Source of the DNA: Eledone cirrhosa
Taxonomy: Eukaryota
NCBI GenBank assembly: GCA_964016885.1
Contig: OZ024745.1
Coordinates: 36,208,001 to 36,272,000, forward strand
DNA: 64,000 bases
Direction: 5' to 3'
Below, piece by piece: positions 13,233 through 27,981 of the stretch. Under the pieces are notes generated by a model that saw nothing but the letters and a program-made list of their open reading frames with translations, was not told where the DNA came from and did no database searches. Every line of letters begins with the position of its first letter. Within the stretch, counting starts at the first letter, position 1. The translations under genes were made by a program, and so were the position numbers.

Positions 13233-14925
13233 GTATTTTTACAGGTGTAAAACAAGGGAAAGAAAATAAATATAACTGTATGTGAAAACAAATTAAATTA
13301 AAATAAGCGAGGCCATTGGAAGGCAAAATAAGCATAAAAAAGACAAAGAAAAAAATGAAAGCAAGATGTTTCAGCTGTTGAAACTTTTTGTACTCAAATA
13401 TTTTTTTGAGAGTTGGGAGATCTTTTACAGTATATTGTAACTCCAGTCCTGGTAACTTTTTAAAGGATCGTTTTCAAGTTGCACTCTTTCTCAGAATAAA
13501 TAGTGCCAAAGATTTTCTGGGAAATCACCACATTTCGACGCCAGCTTAGTCTGTTTCTATAGTTAACATTGCTGAGTGTCTGATATGGTTTAAATGTTGT
13601 CAGATCTGGTTGAAAGCTTATCTCTAAATTCTTCCCAAAATTGTTCCCACAATGATTTTACTTGTGATATATTTGGGATGTATTCTATACCTATGTTCCC
13701 ATTTGTACTCCCACCTTCGCTAATTCATTTACTTTTATATTTCCTCTATCTGTATAGCATGATAACTAAATCAATGTTAATTGTTTATTATTCTCTGCGT
13801 GATGTTTATCTAATCTTAGCAGAACTCTCTCAACATCGCTAACCCGACCCCCTTTCTTTGATTGAAACAGTTTTAGGTTCGATGGACTATCAGTAAATAG
13901 AAAGCCTTTTCCCCATAGGATTCTTTAGCTGAATATGTGGAGAGAATAATTCCTCACCCTTCTACGTCAAATATTCTGAAATCCTGATGTAATCTGAAGC
14001 TCATATCTCTATTATTGTTTTTGAAAGACCAAGTAGCTCTACACCCTACTCTCTCATCTGAGTGTGCCTTATCTGGGAATGTATGTGTGTTTGAAAGTGT
14101 ACTTGTTTCTGTTAATCTGTGTGTGCGTGTGTTTTCTAGTTATTTCATATACTCCGTTTTCGGCACATATTTTGTTATAAGTTTTGAAAATAAATATTTA
14201 TCTATACGAACATTGCAGTTTTCAACCTGTCAATAGTTTATTTCATTTAAAGATTGCGCATGTGTGTGTGCAAGATATTTCGTCTTCAGTATGCTTTGTA
14301 GATTTATAAATATATTAAAATTAGTTTTGCATCGCTGAAATCACTATATTCAATTTTCTGTAATTGAAATATAAATTTGTTGAATATATTTGCAGGATAA
14401 TATGATATTGATACAGTATAAATGTTTTTTTTTTTTGTTTTCTGTGACGATTTTGAATTTTTTTTTTCACATATTTCATTATGATATTTCATGAAGCGTA
14501 ACTTAAGAAAGTCTTCGTTACAGAATATGCCATTGCCCGCAGCAAGCTATGCTGTTTGGATTTAATAATTGAACACAGATTTTTGTTGTGTTTTCATTCG
14601 AAATATTCCACCAGCGAGAAATAGACAGAAATACCCCATGATAGCAGATTAAGTAGAGCACCATATGGATTTTTTTTCATCATTTGGTTTCTCTCCATTA
14701 GGATCTAGTTGAAAATTCTATAATTTAACTGTTTATATTTTCTGAATTGCTAAATAGCTTGCCAAAGACAGTGATAGGCTTAAATGTGTATATCTCACTT
14801 AAGAAGTGTCACGGTGTATATTTACAAACATAAAAATTGTTGTCAATATTATTATTATGCGCATTTCCACACTTTGTTATTTCTGTGTTTATATAACAGA
14901 CACACACACACACAAATAACATAAA

Positions 14926-14992
<67 letters not shown>

Positions 14993-14997
<5 letters not shown>

Positions 14998-15092
14998 AGA
15001 CTTGCCAACATCTAAAAACCTAAACGGGGAGACGAAATAAATGAGCCAAACGGGGAGGAGGTCTCCGTAGGACGTGTTGTCAGGTCTGATAT
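14993..15092. repeat. Small TIR/fold-back element next to (TA)n
   Basis: ATACCAGACTTGCCAACA ... TGTTGTCAGGTCTGATAT, imperfect inverted ends. Confidence 0.55.
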
Positions 15093-15599
15093 ACATACAT
15101 ATAAACGTTATATTTGATTTCGCACAACAATATATATTTTAATAATTGTGTTATTTTAAAGGTTTCAGTCTATTGTAAAATGTACGTTTTTTTTTTTTGG
15201 TTGCTTTACCTCCGACCAGTTAAGGGTATGAACGCATATGATCAATTCTATTTCAGTCAGATCTCTCCTGCCCTGTTTCATGGTACATTAACCAACTTTT
15301 TCTTTACAAAGTTTGATTTTTTTAATTTGGAGGTCTATTACTGCTATATTCGCAGATGATGTGGGGTGGAATTGTATTCTAATATTAGGTGAAAATTGTG
15401 TGGAATGATTTCGTTTATATTGAAGTTCGTTTAAATTGAGTTCGTTTAAATTGAAGTAAGTTGTGGTTAACGAAAGTGAAAACAGCAACTATAGTAATCG
15501 TACCACTAAATATGATAAAATACATATCTCTTTTCTGCTTTGGTTACTTAACATATGTGATTTTATTTATTTAATTTGATGAATATTGTCTGTTGGGGG

Positions 15600-17600
15600 T
15601 ATATTTTGTAAAATATCTTTTTGTGTGATTTATTGATTGTGTAGTGTATGTGATGTGATCAGAGCATTTACCCTTTCATCTTGTACTATTAAATACACAG
15701 GGTCTCGAGTAGGTTGCTCGCTGTAGCTGACAGGCCTATTTTTGATATTGTGTGAAATACTGTGAGGATGAATATGTTATTTTGTTTGATACTTTACTTT
15801 ATAATACTTGTGGTACGAATACTATAGTTCTTGTTTTCATTTCCAGGTCCCAAAATATTTTTTTTTATTTCAATTTCCCTGCACTTTAGCTCAAACCACA
15901 AGAATCTAGTCTATACTTTGATCATTCCTGATGTATATATTTATCAGATGCTTTTGTGTCAGTCTTTGAGTATGATATCTGCGTTGTTTTCTTTGTTACA
16001 CGTGTCACTCTGAACAGGCATGTAACATATCCTTTTGGCTTGATCTAAGACATATGCCGTATTTAGTACATGATTATACCATTTATCTTTTTCTCGTCAA
16101 CGTTTCTATATCTTGTTTAATAGCCAAAGCTGACTACTCGATCGTGTCTGTGAATATGCTTAGATTTGGCAAGTAATGGGCAGTCGGAAATGAAGTGGAC
16201 AATCGTCTGCACTTCATAGTGCAATCTTTTCTTCATTATTGTATACTTCTTGATTATGTGTGGCTGGGCGTTAATATTTTAAATCTAAAACCAGACAATA
16301 GGTTTCTACTTTTAGCCCAGAGCATTTCTCTCAATATTAACTCTCATTCTGGCATATCTCCCCTCTAGTGTCTTGAGAGGTATTGGCCTAGAGTGCTTTG
16401 CAATTATAATTTGATTTTGTTTTGTGTTTTGTTTTTAAACTTTTTCCGTAGCTCATATCGCATTCGAAAATGTTTTATTTCGTGTTCTCCTTATATAGAA
16501 AGAATGTTTTTTCTTCATGTTGTCTTATTTCATTTTCCCTTGTATTTGAATTTACTTTTCTATTCGTGTCAAACCCGTTCTGACCTTGTACGAATTACAA
16601 AAAATCTATTTACATTAGTAGTTTCAAAAAGTTCCAAGTAGTTCCCTTGAGTTCTATCTAAGCTCTTCAAATAGTTTAAATTCCAAATTATGTGGAAGCT
16701 GTAGGTTATACTTGGATGACTAACCTATTTATAGCTGCTATTTCTAGTATAGGGTTTAGTTTGTAATATTTGATATTCATTTTTTGTGTGGTGTATCTTA
16801 TTAGTTTTTCATCCTAATTATTTATATGAGTACTTTAATTCTCTTTTTTGGTTTCAATTACTTCATGTTAATAAATATGTCTCTTCTTTAAGTAGCTTTA
16901 GAAAATGTGTCTAATTCTAAAAGTATTTTAATGCCTTGGTTGAATATATGAACTATTTTAATGGACTGTCTTACTTTATAAGTAAAACTGTAAATATTTA
17001 AAATATATGAAGGAAAACACCATGGTTAATAAATAGTACTATTATTCCATCCATCATGGATAGGCCACTCAAGATACTTGAGAAATCCTACCACACATGC
17101 CTTTGGCTTTTTCTAGGTATTAGATGGAGAAGCATTACAGCAGTCATTGAGCTTTTACAAAGATCGGGTTACTCTAAAATCATTTTCCTTGTTATAACGA
17201 GTTAGATACGCTGGGCAATTGAATCAGTGTCTCAATTATTGGATGAAAAATAAATGCACAAGCAGAGTTAAGACGGACATTAAGGAAGGATGAGTTAGTG
17301 AGGCTTGAAATTGTTGATTATTGCAATTGTAATTTCTGTCAACGTGTCATTCTCACTAAAACCTGTTATATAAACCATAAGAAAACGCATATACAAACAG
17401 TGGCACTGGTAAATTATGCTGCAATTTTCTCCGCATATCCACATGTCAAACTTTTCTCGAAATATGTAAGAGAATCTCCAGGTTATAACGCCATATGAGG
17501 GTTCATCAACGTAGAATTCCATATCCTGATTCAATAAACCCAGTAAACACACTGGCATACATTACTTGTTTGTCTCAAAGACCTCGTAGATAAATTGCTG
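15600..17600 (-). pseudogene. Highly decayed RLE-type LINE (R4/Dong-like) RT and zinc-knuckle remnants
   Basis: Minus-strand fragments translate as PGDSL (~17475; QGDSLSP-like), INRLVIQV..TYSF..W (~16700) and TIVHFI.SDCPLLAKSKHIHRHDRV (~16140-16215; HIxSGCxxLAxxxYxxRHD knuckle). Many stops and frameshifts. Confidence 0.6.
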
Positions 17601-17702
17601 TATGGAAAGGTCACCTTCGTGCAAATAGAAGGGTGTAAATATATTAGGCGCTTGAGAGGGTATTAAGACGGCTATCATCCGACAATATGACGCAATCATC
17701 GG

Positions 17703-17836
<134 letters not shown>

Positions 17837-17846
17837 CCTGCGTGCG

Positions 17847-17914
<68 letters not shown>

Positions 17915-19132
17915 AGTATTAGTAGTAGATAACCGTTGCGTTCACTTATTCAAGTGTATTGCTCTTTGGGCTAGCATGGGTTAATTAAACCAATGTAACC
18001 TTTATTGACACCGAAATTGAATTTTTTTTTTATATCCACAACAGTCGTTTCCTATCTTTATATTTCATTATATAGTTTTATGATATGTTGTACTATATTG
18101 TATTTTTCGTGTTCGAAACGTTATTATTTTCCTATCCTTGAAACAAAAATACCCAGAAACCACCCTTCTGGGAAATAATGGTTGCTATAAAAAAACATAT
18201 TCACGTGTCTCTTTCTATATGAGTGTTAGAATGAATGTCTGTGTTTAGATTATAGATGTTACTGTAGGTTTATTCATCCACGTCTTATATCTATTGATCG
18301 TAGTGCAGTTTCAATATTTGTATTCAATATAACCCGGTACTTAACTGACGAGTAAAAATAGCCCTCTTTTTGAAATGCTTACATCCATCATATCTATATA
18401 CTCTATTGTAATTTGTTTGGTTGGTTTTTCAGTATTAAGTCATAGAAATTCCAATAAGATGTCTACTGGGAAAGAGTCAAACGAACTAGAAATTATAGAA
18501 ACATTTTGTGAACAGGAAATTCTCCATAATGTGAATAGAATTGCTGGTGTTGTTGTACATGTTTTTAATTTTGTTTTTGTCCTTGTTGTCTTTGGTAGTC
18601 TCATTGTTATTGTTGGTGGTGGTGGTGGTGGTAGAGCTGTCGTTATTGTTTTGTTTTTTGTGTAGTACGAGTTATGTCCAATTTAATAGAACTTTGATTA
18701 ACCTTTTCATTACAATATTTCTAATGAAAATAAATGCCATCATTATCAAAAGATTTTGAAAATAATCAGAGATAAGGAGAATTTTAGTAATATAATTTAT
18801 TTTCGTATTGTTAAACTAGTGTTTGAATCTTATCAAAGAGTGTTAAATAAAATTATGGATGAAGGATATTTTGAGAAATATGAATATATTTAGACAAGTA
18901 TTTCAGTATCAAAGATCCAGGGGCGATTTAGGTTGGTTTAATAGCAATGGCTTATCTTGAACTTATTTTCTGGCAGTGAGTAATTTTAGGGAGATTGGTG
19001 GTTACTATTTCTTGAAGTTCGTGTGGCCAAGTGAATTATCCTTTGTTGAATTGCATAGGCACGTTGTTTTCTTGTTGATTACCCAGGCTAACTCTTACGA
19101 TAATTGGTATTGCAGCTGTAACCATTAATCAT

Positions 19133-19201
19133 TGTTTTTTCTTTAGAACTTATGTTTTTTTTTAGAACTTATGTTTTTTTTTAGAACTTATGTTTTTTTT
19201 T
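19133..19201. repeat. Short tandem repeat (TTTTTTTTTAGAACTTATG) x3
   Basis: Direct reading. Confidence 0.85.
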
Positions 19202-20947
19202 ATTTAATTTAGACGATACAATATAATTTGAAAAATATCTGGCTGCTATATCTAGGAGATCACTAAACAAAAGTGTCCCTCTAGTGATCTAACTCTTACT
19301 TCATAATCATTGTTTGGTTGAATTTATCCTGCCTTTCCTCTAAGTGTACCTACCAAGCTATATATTATCTTCATTTACAAATCAGCATTTATGAATGTGT
19401 TGTTTTAATTTTAATGTTACTATTCAGGAAACATTTATTACTTATATGTTCTGCGTTTATTTAATTTTCACATTTGATTATATTTATATATATCCTGATG
19501 TAATGCCATTCTTGTAGGGCTTTCGAAATTATTGTTGTTGTTGTTACAATAAATTCATTTTACACCATATATGTCGCTCTCTCGTTATATTAATTTAATT
19601 TTCTGTTCGACCATCTAAACTATTTCTGTAAACATTAATGGCATAAAATAATTATTCCATTTACTTCAATGCATAACGGGTGAATTAAGAAATACAGATA
19701 CACAAATAGAAATACACAAACGGATATATAGTTGCATTCATATCTACTTAAATTGATTGATGCGTATGGACATATTAAAATTAATACATACACAGGATGT
19801 GTAAATGTTGACATAACTATTGACGTAGATACAAACAATTATATAGGTAAATAACATAGATATTTAGATAGGTAGACAGCTATGTTATAATATACATAAT
19901 AAATCGGTATATATATATATATATATATATATATAAGTTAAAACAATGAAATAAAAATTCAAGTCATTAGAAATATACTTCACTGCTTTACGATCGGTTC
20001 TAGGTACTGATAATACATCGTAACTATACTTCGTTATCGATCTATGTAAGGTTAGTTACAAAATATCAGATAAGGAGAATATTTACTTACATGCATATCA
20101 CCAGATGTTATCAAAGCAATGAGAATTTTATTCAAAATTAGTAGTAAATTATTAGTAAATTGAGTTCTATGACCTTATTTGGAGGTAGCTGAAGAACAAA
20201 CCAATGAGATTGTTTTTTTCCATATGATGTTAAGATGGAAAAGAATTCACTTTAGTTGAGGTCATGACCCTTTGAAAGGAATCGTTGAATGGTGTTAACA
20301 ATAGAATTTCTATAAAGAATCTATTAGGAAAAAGGGGATTGTCAAATTGATAGTTGAATGTATATGGTATAGTGAAGTTTAAAAGGAATGTAAAAATTAA
20401 ATGTCGAGTTGTGTTGTATGGAGTTTTAGGTGAATATAAATTAAGGTCATGACTAGGAAAGATAGTATATTAAAAGATGAAAATAATAATGAGATAATGA
20501 AATACAATAATATAATATAATTTAATATAATATAGTACGGTGTGGTAAATTGTATATAGTATAATACAGCGTATGATACGTTTTAAAATACTTTCAAGTA
20601 TGTCCATATATAAATAATCAAATTCAGATAAATGCATGTTAACATAGTCAAAACGCATACATTTCATAGATCACAAAATGCATATACCCACATTATAGAT
20701 AGAGGTATAGTTATATTGATACTCAATTAAAAACATACATACGCATAAATAGATGTATACATATACATACATCTATATATGTACACACAATCATATGCAT
20801 ATATATTTATATATATATGTTTTTTTACATATACACACCTATACACACCTATACACACATATATATATATGTATATGTACACACACATACATGTACACAC
20901 ACACATAAACACTCATACATATATACACGCATATGCACACATATACA

Positions 20948-20995
<48 letters not shown>

Positions 20996-21009
20996 CATAT
21001 CATACATAC

Positions 21010-23215
21010 ATAGATACCTATTAACTCATGCAATTACGGGTGGTTTTGTACCTTGTTGCCCTTAGTCATTAAAGCATAAATCTAAGGAAGCTAAAAAATT
21101 AAAAGGTAAGAAATAAGCATGAATGCGTATAATTAGGGGAAAGCGATACTAACAAATGTTACGCTACATAGAATTATAGTGAGTTGCTATTTAGAATATT
21201 TAATTAGGTTTATAGCATTTAAATGTTTTTCGTATACGGTGATTACAAACTATAATCAGTTCCTGTCTTTTATTCAATAAATCGTCCTTAGATTTAGTAA
21301 TTTCCAAGATCTCCCCTGAACATAACCTGCATTCTCTCCTGTTCCCAAGATATGGAGTTCTTTGTAGAATGGTGTTCCACGATAGCTTGAAATCTATTTT
21401 TTCTTTTTATAGTTATTTACTGCTTCAGCTAAAGATGTGGTGTTAACTAGTTTAGTTTTGTTAAAACTACTAGAGTGTGCGTAATATCTTTTCTTAAATG
21501 TGTTCGATGTAGATCCTATATATGTTTTGTTGGAGTCAGTAGTAGACACAGTGCATTTATATATTACATTATTAATCAAACAGTTTAAGGCGGTGAATTG
21601 GCAGTATCGGTAGAGGGTTGGACGCCATGCTTTCTAGCATAGTTACGTCCCTTTACGGTCTCAGTTCAAATCCCGCCAAGGTTAACTTTGCCTTTCATCC
21701 TTACGGGGTCGATAAAATAAAGTACCAGTAATGTACTGGGTAATTGCTGGGCTTGTGCCTAAAGTAGAAACAATTATTAATCAAACAGTTGCCATTTAAG
21801 GGGCAAATGCTTCTATTTCTGCAATTACAACCATACGTAAGATGGTTGTTAGGGGTACCTATACCGTTCTCATTAATCCTTGAGCTCTTCTTATTGTAGT
21901 TGATGTTAGCGGGAGAATGAAGGTTGCTTTGTTGCTGGTTTAGTGCTAGGGTTGTATTGTGATTTTGTGTTATGTTATTTTTGTGATGGTGATTTGGTTG
22001 GTTGTGTTTTTGGATTGTATTATTTGTCCTTTTAAAAGGTGCAGTCCTATTTAAATTATGTTGTGGTGGTGTGGTCATATTATTTTTAAATTTATAAATG
22101 TTGTAGTTGCTTATCTTTTGCTGGAGATTTTTTGAGTATGAGAATTTAACAGTATATCTGTTAAATATTTGGTGGTATCTATGGTTTGGTGGAAAATGAT
22201 TATGTAGAATTTCGAAGAATTATTTTTGGATTTGTCCAATAGTTTGCAAGTTGGAGGGTGCGTTGTACCATGTTATGTTTCTTTTGCGGTTTTTAGATAA
22301 GTTCTTATTACCACTTATATTAATGTGCTGTGTTCTAGAAGAATTCCTATGGTCAGTATCTGTATATGTGGAATTTGGTAAACTACCGTGGTTGTATTTG
22401 GTGTTATTATTGGGTAGATTATGAGAGGTTGAATGCTTGGTATTCTTATGTGAGTTGTTAACATTGGTCATAGATCGTGTAGTAATAGTTTTGTGGTTTT
22501 TCGGTTGTTTGGTGTAATAGGAATAACCCCATTAGGTATTTGTTTCGATGGTATTTTTTTGGTGTTTGTAGTTTTTGCTAGGTTTTATATTTTGGTCCAT
22601 AGTAGTGTTGGGGAAATATGAATTTGTTTTCTTTATATCCAGTTCTAGTTAGGGCCTCGTTGTAGAAGGGTGCATTATTATAAAATATATCTTCATTGGA
22701 AAATAATTTAGAAAGTCTAAGAGATATGTTATATACTAAGTTTTTGGGTATAGAGCCAGGGTGGTTAGAGCGTGAATGTACATAGTGTAGATTCTGGTTG
22801 GGTTTGTGGTAAGGTTGATACATATTCGTAGAGAGGTCTAAGGTAACGTCAAGGAAATTAGCTACTTTTGAAGTGTTTTCAAAGGTGATGTTAAGGTTGT
22901 AATAGTCCTTGAGGAATTTTCTAATTTGTTTTTTGTTTTTCTCTATATTAGAATTGCTAAGATTGGTAGATAAGAATAGACATCATCCCGATAAAGACCA
23001 CCTTTGAGGTGGGGAAAAGAGGGGAAATAGTCCAACGAGGTCTGTAACTTGAGCAGAGCCCATGGATCCCATCGTAATATCGAATAAGTTGTTATATGTG
23101 TTTCTTGACCAGTGTTCTTCTTGGAAGTTTAGTTAGGTTTTTCTAGGATTTATTTTAACCTACGACATTTTCAACATATGGATTACATTGATTTCTTCAT
23201 GCAGACTGAACCCCA
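21010..23215 (-). mobile_element. 5'-truncated, decayed Penelope-like element (Hydra-clade-like)
   Basis: FDITMGSMGSAQVTDLVGL, GLYRDD, NFLDVTLDL, YVHSRSNHP, RNITWYNAP, CNCRNRSICPLNGNC (CxCx5Cx5C), VIYKCTV...YIGSTSNTFKKRYYAH. Flanked by (TA)n. Confidence 0.88.
21586..21772 (+). mobile_element. Full-length tRNA-derived SINE nested in the PLE with an 18-bp target-site duplication
   Basis: ATTATTAATCAAACAGTT at 21568-21585 and 21773-21790 flanks the SINE. Confidence 0.93.
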
Positions 23216-23218
23216 TAA

Positions 23219-23260
<42 letters not shown>

Positions 23261-23404
23261 GTTATATAGTAAGGTGCATTATTGGTTGTGTAAAATGGTC
23301 CAATAACTTTATGTTAGCAATATTAAGTTCTCTACGCTTTTGTATATCTCCAATTCCATTCAAGAGAAAAGCTAGATGATGTAAAACGGAGTATAAGTAT
23401 AAGC

Positions 23405-23916
<512 letters not shown>

Positions 23917-23920
23917 ATAT

Positions 23921-24239
23921 AGTGAATCTGAGTGCATTATCAACGAAATGGGCAAGGCTTATCTATTCTGGTCTGGCCGTAGCCAATTTAAGATGACGAA
24001 AGCTAGAAGCTAAGAAGAAATGCCTCCAGCTATGTTTGAAGTCTCTGAGTAGAAGCTGGTTAACTTTGGTGAACTATTTGGAAGGTAAATATATAATTGC
24101 TGCCATAAATTCGAAGTTGTAGCATTTGGAAGGATACTCATTTCGCTGAGTGCTTGAATCTAATTGCATCATCGTTTGCTAGTTGTACTGATGTATGGAT
24201 AGCCCAGTTGGTTACATCATATATATATATATATATATA

Positions 24240-24321
<82 letters not shown>

Positions 24322-24632
24322 TAGATATATATATAATGTAACCAACTGGTCTATCCATGCATCAGTACAACTAGCAAACGATGATGCAATTAGATTCAAG
24401 CACTCAACGAAATGAGTATCCTTCCAAATGCTACAACTTCGAATTTATGGCAGCAATTATATATTTACCTTCCAAATAGTTCACCAAAGTTAACCGGCTT
24501 CTACTCAGAGACTTCAAACATAGCTGGAGGCATTTCTTCTTAGCTTCTAGCTTTCGTCATCTTAAATTGGCTACGGCCAGACCAGAATAGATAAGCCTTG
24601 CCCATTTCGTTGATAACGCACTCAGATTCACT
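23921..24632. repeat. ~300-bp inverted repeat separated by a (TA)n spacer
   Basis: 23921-24217 is the near-perfect reverse complement of ~24336-24632. Confidence 0.93.
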
Positions 24633-26739
24633 GTATGCACAGGTAGAAAGCCATCAAAACATTCAATCGTTGGATATATATAAACGATACAAAATACTTA
24701 GAATATCTAGCTCTTATTTCTCCAGCCATGTGTGATAGCTTAAACCATGTAGAAAGGCAAATGAGTTAGATCGACATTAATTGTTATTCATATAGTATTT
24801 TAGAACTTTAATAGCAAAGTTAAGTAGCTGCCCTTATCTTAAACCACAAACGGCTATTGGAAAGAGATTGGTATACATCGATTTCTCTCTCAATAATACA
24901 TGTTTCGTTTCTGCATAGTAAATCGTAGTTTGTATTCGTATAATGCTTCATGGGATAGAAACAGTATTATGCACTTAGTTCACCGTAACTGTCTTTACGT
25001 TTGAAGTTCCGGTTAAAGTTCCCTCAGTTCACTTACGCCATTAATTTCTCTTGAAAGGCGGGAACATCGCATAAAGGCGTGCATATCACATACGTTTCCG
25101 TAAGCTACACTAAGATATGCCCGTTATATATTTCGCTAAAGTCTTATTTCTATATTTTTGACATTATATATTGAGTAATTCGCATTAGTCTACTGATACA
25201 CGCAGTAAATTATTGCAACTACACTAATTTATATATGTAACACCGTAGGTGAATATCCTCGGTATATTTATCATTCAATGAGTTTATTTTCAATGTCACA
25301 TGAAGTATGGCTGAAAAAATATTATGATAGGATATGAGTAAATGATTATGTTAGAATTTTCTTGAACCCTCAAATTCACTGTTATCAGGGATGATAATTT
25401 AGTTTCTAAGATTTCTAACTCACTTACGTAGCCCCGAAACATTTTTCCTTATTTAGACTTACTTGACCTCAATATTTTGGCTTAGTTAAACGCTTTGTTG
25501 CCTTTAATGTTCTCACCGCAGACGACGAGCTCTATCAAAAGACTACCGTGATAGCCATGCATAATAACATTGGCCCCAGGTATGCCAAGGTCATCGTTGG
25601 CTATAAAGTCAACGGACGGAGCTCTGAGTCTACGCGTTGGCTTTTACATCAAATACTGCATCACTGCTACTGCATCACTGTACTACATCGTCTAGGACAT
25701 TAACTCACAGTCATCTCTCTCATCAATGGTGTCCACCGTTCTTTACAAGTTTCCTTTCCCATCGCATGCATGGAGGTTATCTGTGACACCTTTGATATCT
25801 ATCATATTTCCACAGTATGAAAAGTGTAATTTGTGAGAGATTTAGCTGGAATTTCTAGCATATCAAATGACCACGTGCAAGAATTGTCGTTGCTTTATGA
25901 GGTTGGAAATAATCTCTGATAATTTCCCTCTTTCTTTCCTTTTCTTTTTTCTTCTTCTCTCTCCCTCTATCTCTCTGTATGTAAGACATTATTGCTTCTC
26001 ATTTATCCTTTACCAATAAAATCTACCGTAACAAATATATTTAATCACATTCGGACGTCAATAGGATTTATCTGAATTAAGATGGATAGTTTAGATTCAA
26101 ATCTATAAATCCAAATAATTCTGGTGTCCCGGAATTTTCCTTTTTTATCGTCTTTCTATTTATACTCATCCCTACAAAAATCTCCTGAATATGTTTGCAC
26201 AGCTATATTTGTAGAATATAGGATATCAATTACATGCTCATTATACAAATGGCGTCATATGTTACACCAGAAACTAATGAAAAAAACCTGTCTTGTACCG
26301 CAAAACAGAAAACTCTGTTTTATAAATGACTCTTCTTATTTGCCGAATGGCAATAAAAGATCAGTTGTGATTATTATGTCTTAGCAGAGGTAGTATAAAG
26401 ATAAAGTGAAATATAACATGAAGCTCTGATTTGATTGCTTAGAACATATTTCTTTTTTCATTTTTGATGTATAGAGTAAATTAATTATCGAAAGCGTATT
26501 GTGCAATATGTAATATGAGATTCCTAAAATGTACTTTCCCCATGATATTTCAACGGTTTAAGAAGTGTTTCTTAATTTCAACCAAGAGCATATTCAGTAA
26601 TGACTTAATCTCATGTGTCCATTCTACAGTTAGAGTTGATTCGGAGGGACGAATGTGTGACTTATAATTAAATACTTAACATATACTAAGGTTTGTTAGC
26701 AAGGAAGCCGATTAAAAAATTTCACATTTAACATGTAGT

Positions 26740-27193
26740 TAAAGCTGGAGCAAGAATGAGTGGAGGGGGCTAGATGCTACAGTCGAGATAACCGGTGTTT
26801 CCTCAACAAACCTCCGTAGTCCTGGTAATGTAGATTTGGATGGAGAATCGAAATTCCACTATTCATGTGTGACGCGAGATACTCGCAAGCCTGTCGCTGT
26901 CAGAATGTGTTATGGCACGGATCACATTAAGGGGGAGGATTTGTCTCTCCAAATTGAGAGATCACAGCTCTAATACTATGGGCATATTGTTAGAATGTCT
27001 CAGGGAAAATCACTGGACAGATTTTACAGGCAAAACCACCCGGCAGGAGACCCAGTTTTAGAAGAAGAAGAAGAAGAAGAAGAAGAAGAAGAAGAAGAAG
27101 AAGAAGAAGAAGAAGAAGAAGAAGAAGAAGAAGAAGAAGAAGAAGAAGAAGAAGAAGAAGAAGAAGAAGAAGAAGAAGACGATGATGATGATG
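26740..27193 (+). mobile_element. RTE-type LINE 3' fragment followed by (GAA)n
   Basis: IERSQL*YYGHIVRMSQG matches the RTE C-terminal LxWFGHVxRM motif. A long (GAA)n tract lies at 27061-27179. Confidence 0.6.
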
Positions 27194-27537
27194 AAGAGAC
27201 GCTGGTAATTAATTGCACAGAAAAAGAAGGTTAGATGCAAATACTCATTTAAAGATTATTATTTTCTCTTCTATTATAAATGAAAAAGTATATCAATCAG
27301 CAGCATATTCACGTCTGAATATTCATGCCTGAGTTACAAAGGGAGATTTATGCATTATAATCTCAATATAATATGAACACTTTCATACCAAACTGCTAGA
27401 AACTTCATGATACACAATTGTTTCTTTTACTGTGTTTATATTTATCTAAAAGTTTTTTTCATTATTTTATTTTAGTGGATTTCGGCTCCAAATATCAGAT
27501 AAATAATGAGGAATGCACTTATATTACATAATATATT

Positions 27538-27981
27538 CTAGACCTGAAAAATACGCAAGCTCAAAAGAGCTACAGAATGTTATAATAAACCTTCAAAAGT
27601 GTGGGACGAGAGTTGTTGCTCAAAAATATTGTAATCATTATCTATCGTACACCCTGTGGCATCCTTTTATAAAAAAGAGCCTCATAACGAACTCAAGACA
27701 ACACGATAATTATTTAAACTAATGTTGAATATCTCATATTAGATGTTTAGTAATGATTAATACGAAATGCACTTAAACCGAATTCTATATTATAAATTCA
27801 CTTAGATAATTATCGTGTTGTCTTGAGTTCGTTATGAGTTTCTTTTTTATAAAAGGATGCCACAGAGTGTACGATAGATAATGATTACAATATTTTTTAG
27901 CAACAACTCTAGTCCCACACTTTTGAAGGTTTATTATAACATTCTGTGGCTTTTTTGAGCTTGCGCATTTTTCAGGTCTAG
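27538..27981. repeat. Fold-back element with ~180-bp inverted arms
   Basis: CTAGACCTGAAAAAT...GATAATTAT (27538-27712) versus ATAATTATC...TTTTTCAGGTCTAG (27806-27981). Confidence 0.9.

Noticed and set aside
19950-20480. Very old PLE endonuclease remnant on the minus strand
   Set aside because: Only a vague resemblance; no motif could be read reliably.
21020-21075. HHR remnant at the 3' end of the Hydra-like PLE (minus strand)
   Set aside because: ATGACTA/GTAA need several substitutions and stem I is absent.
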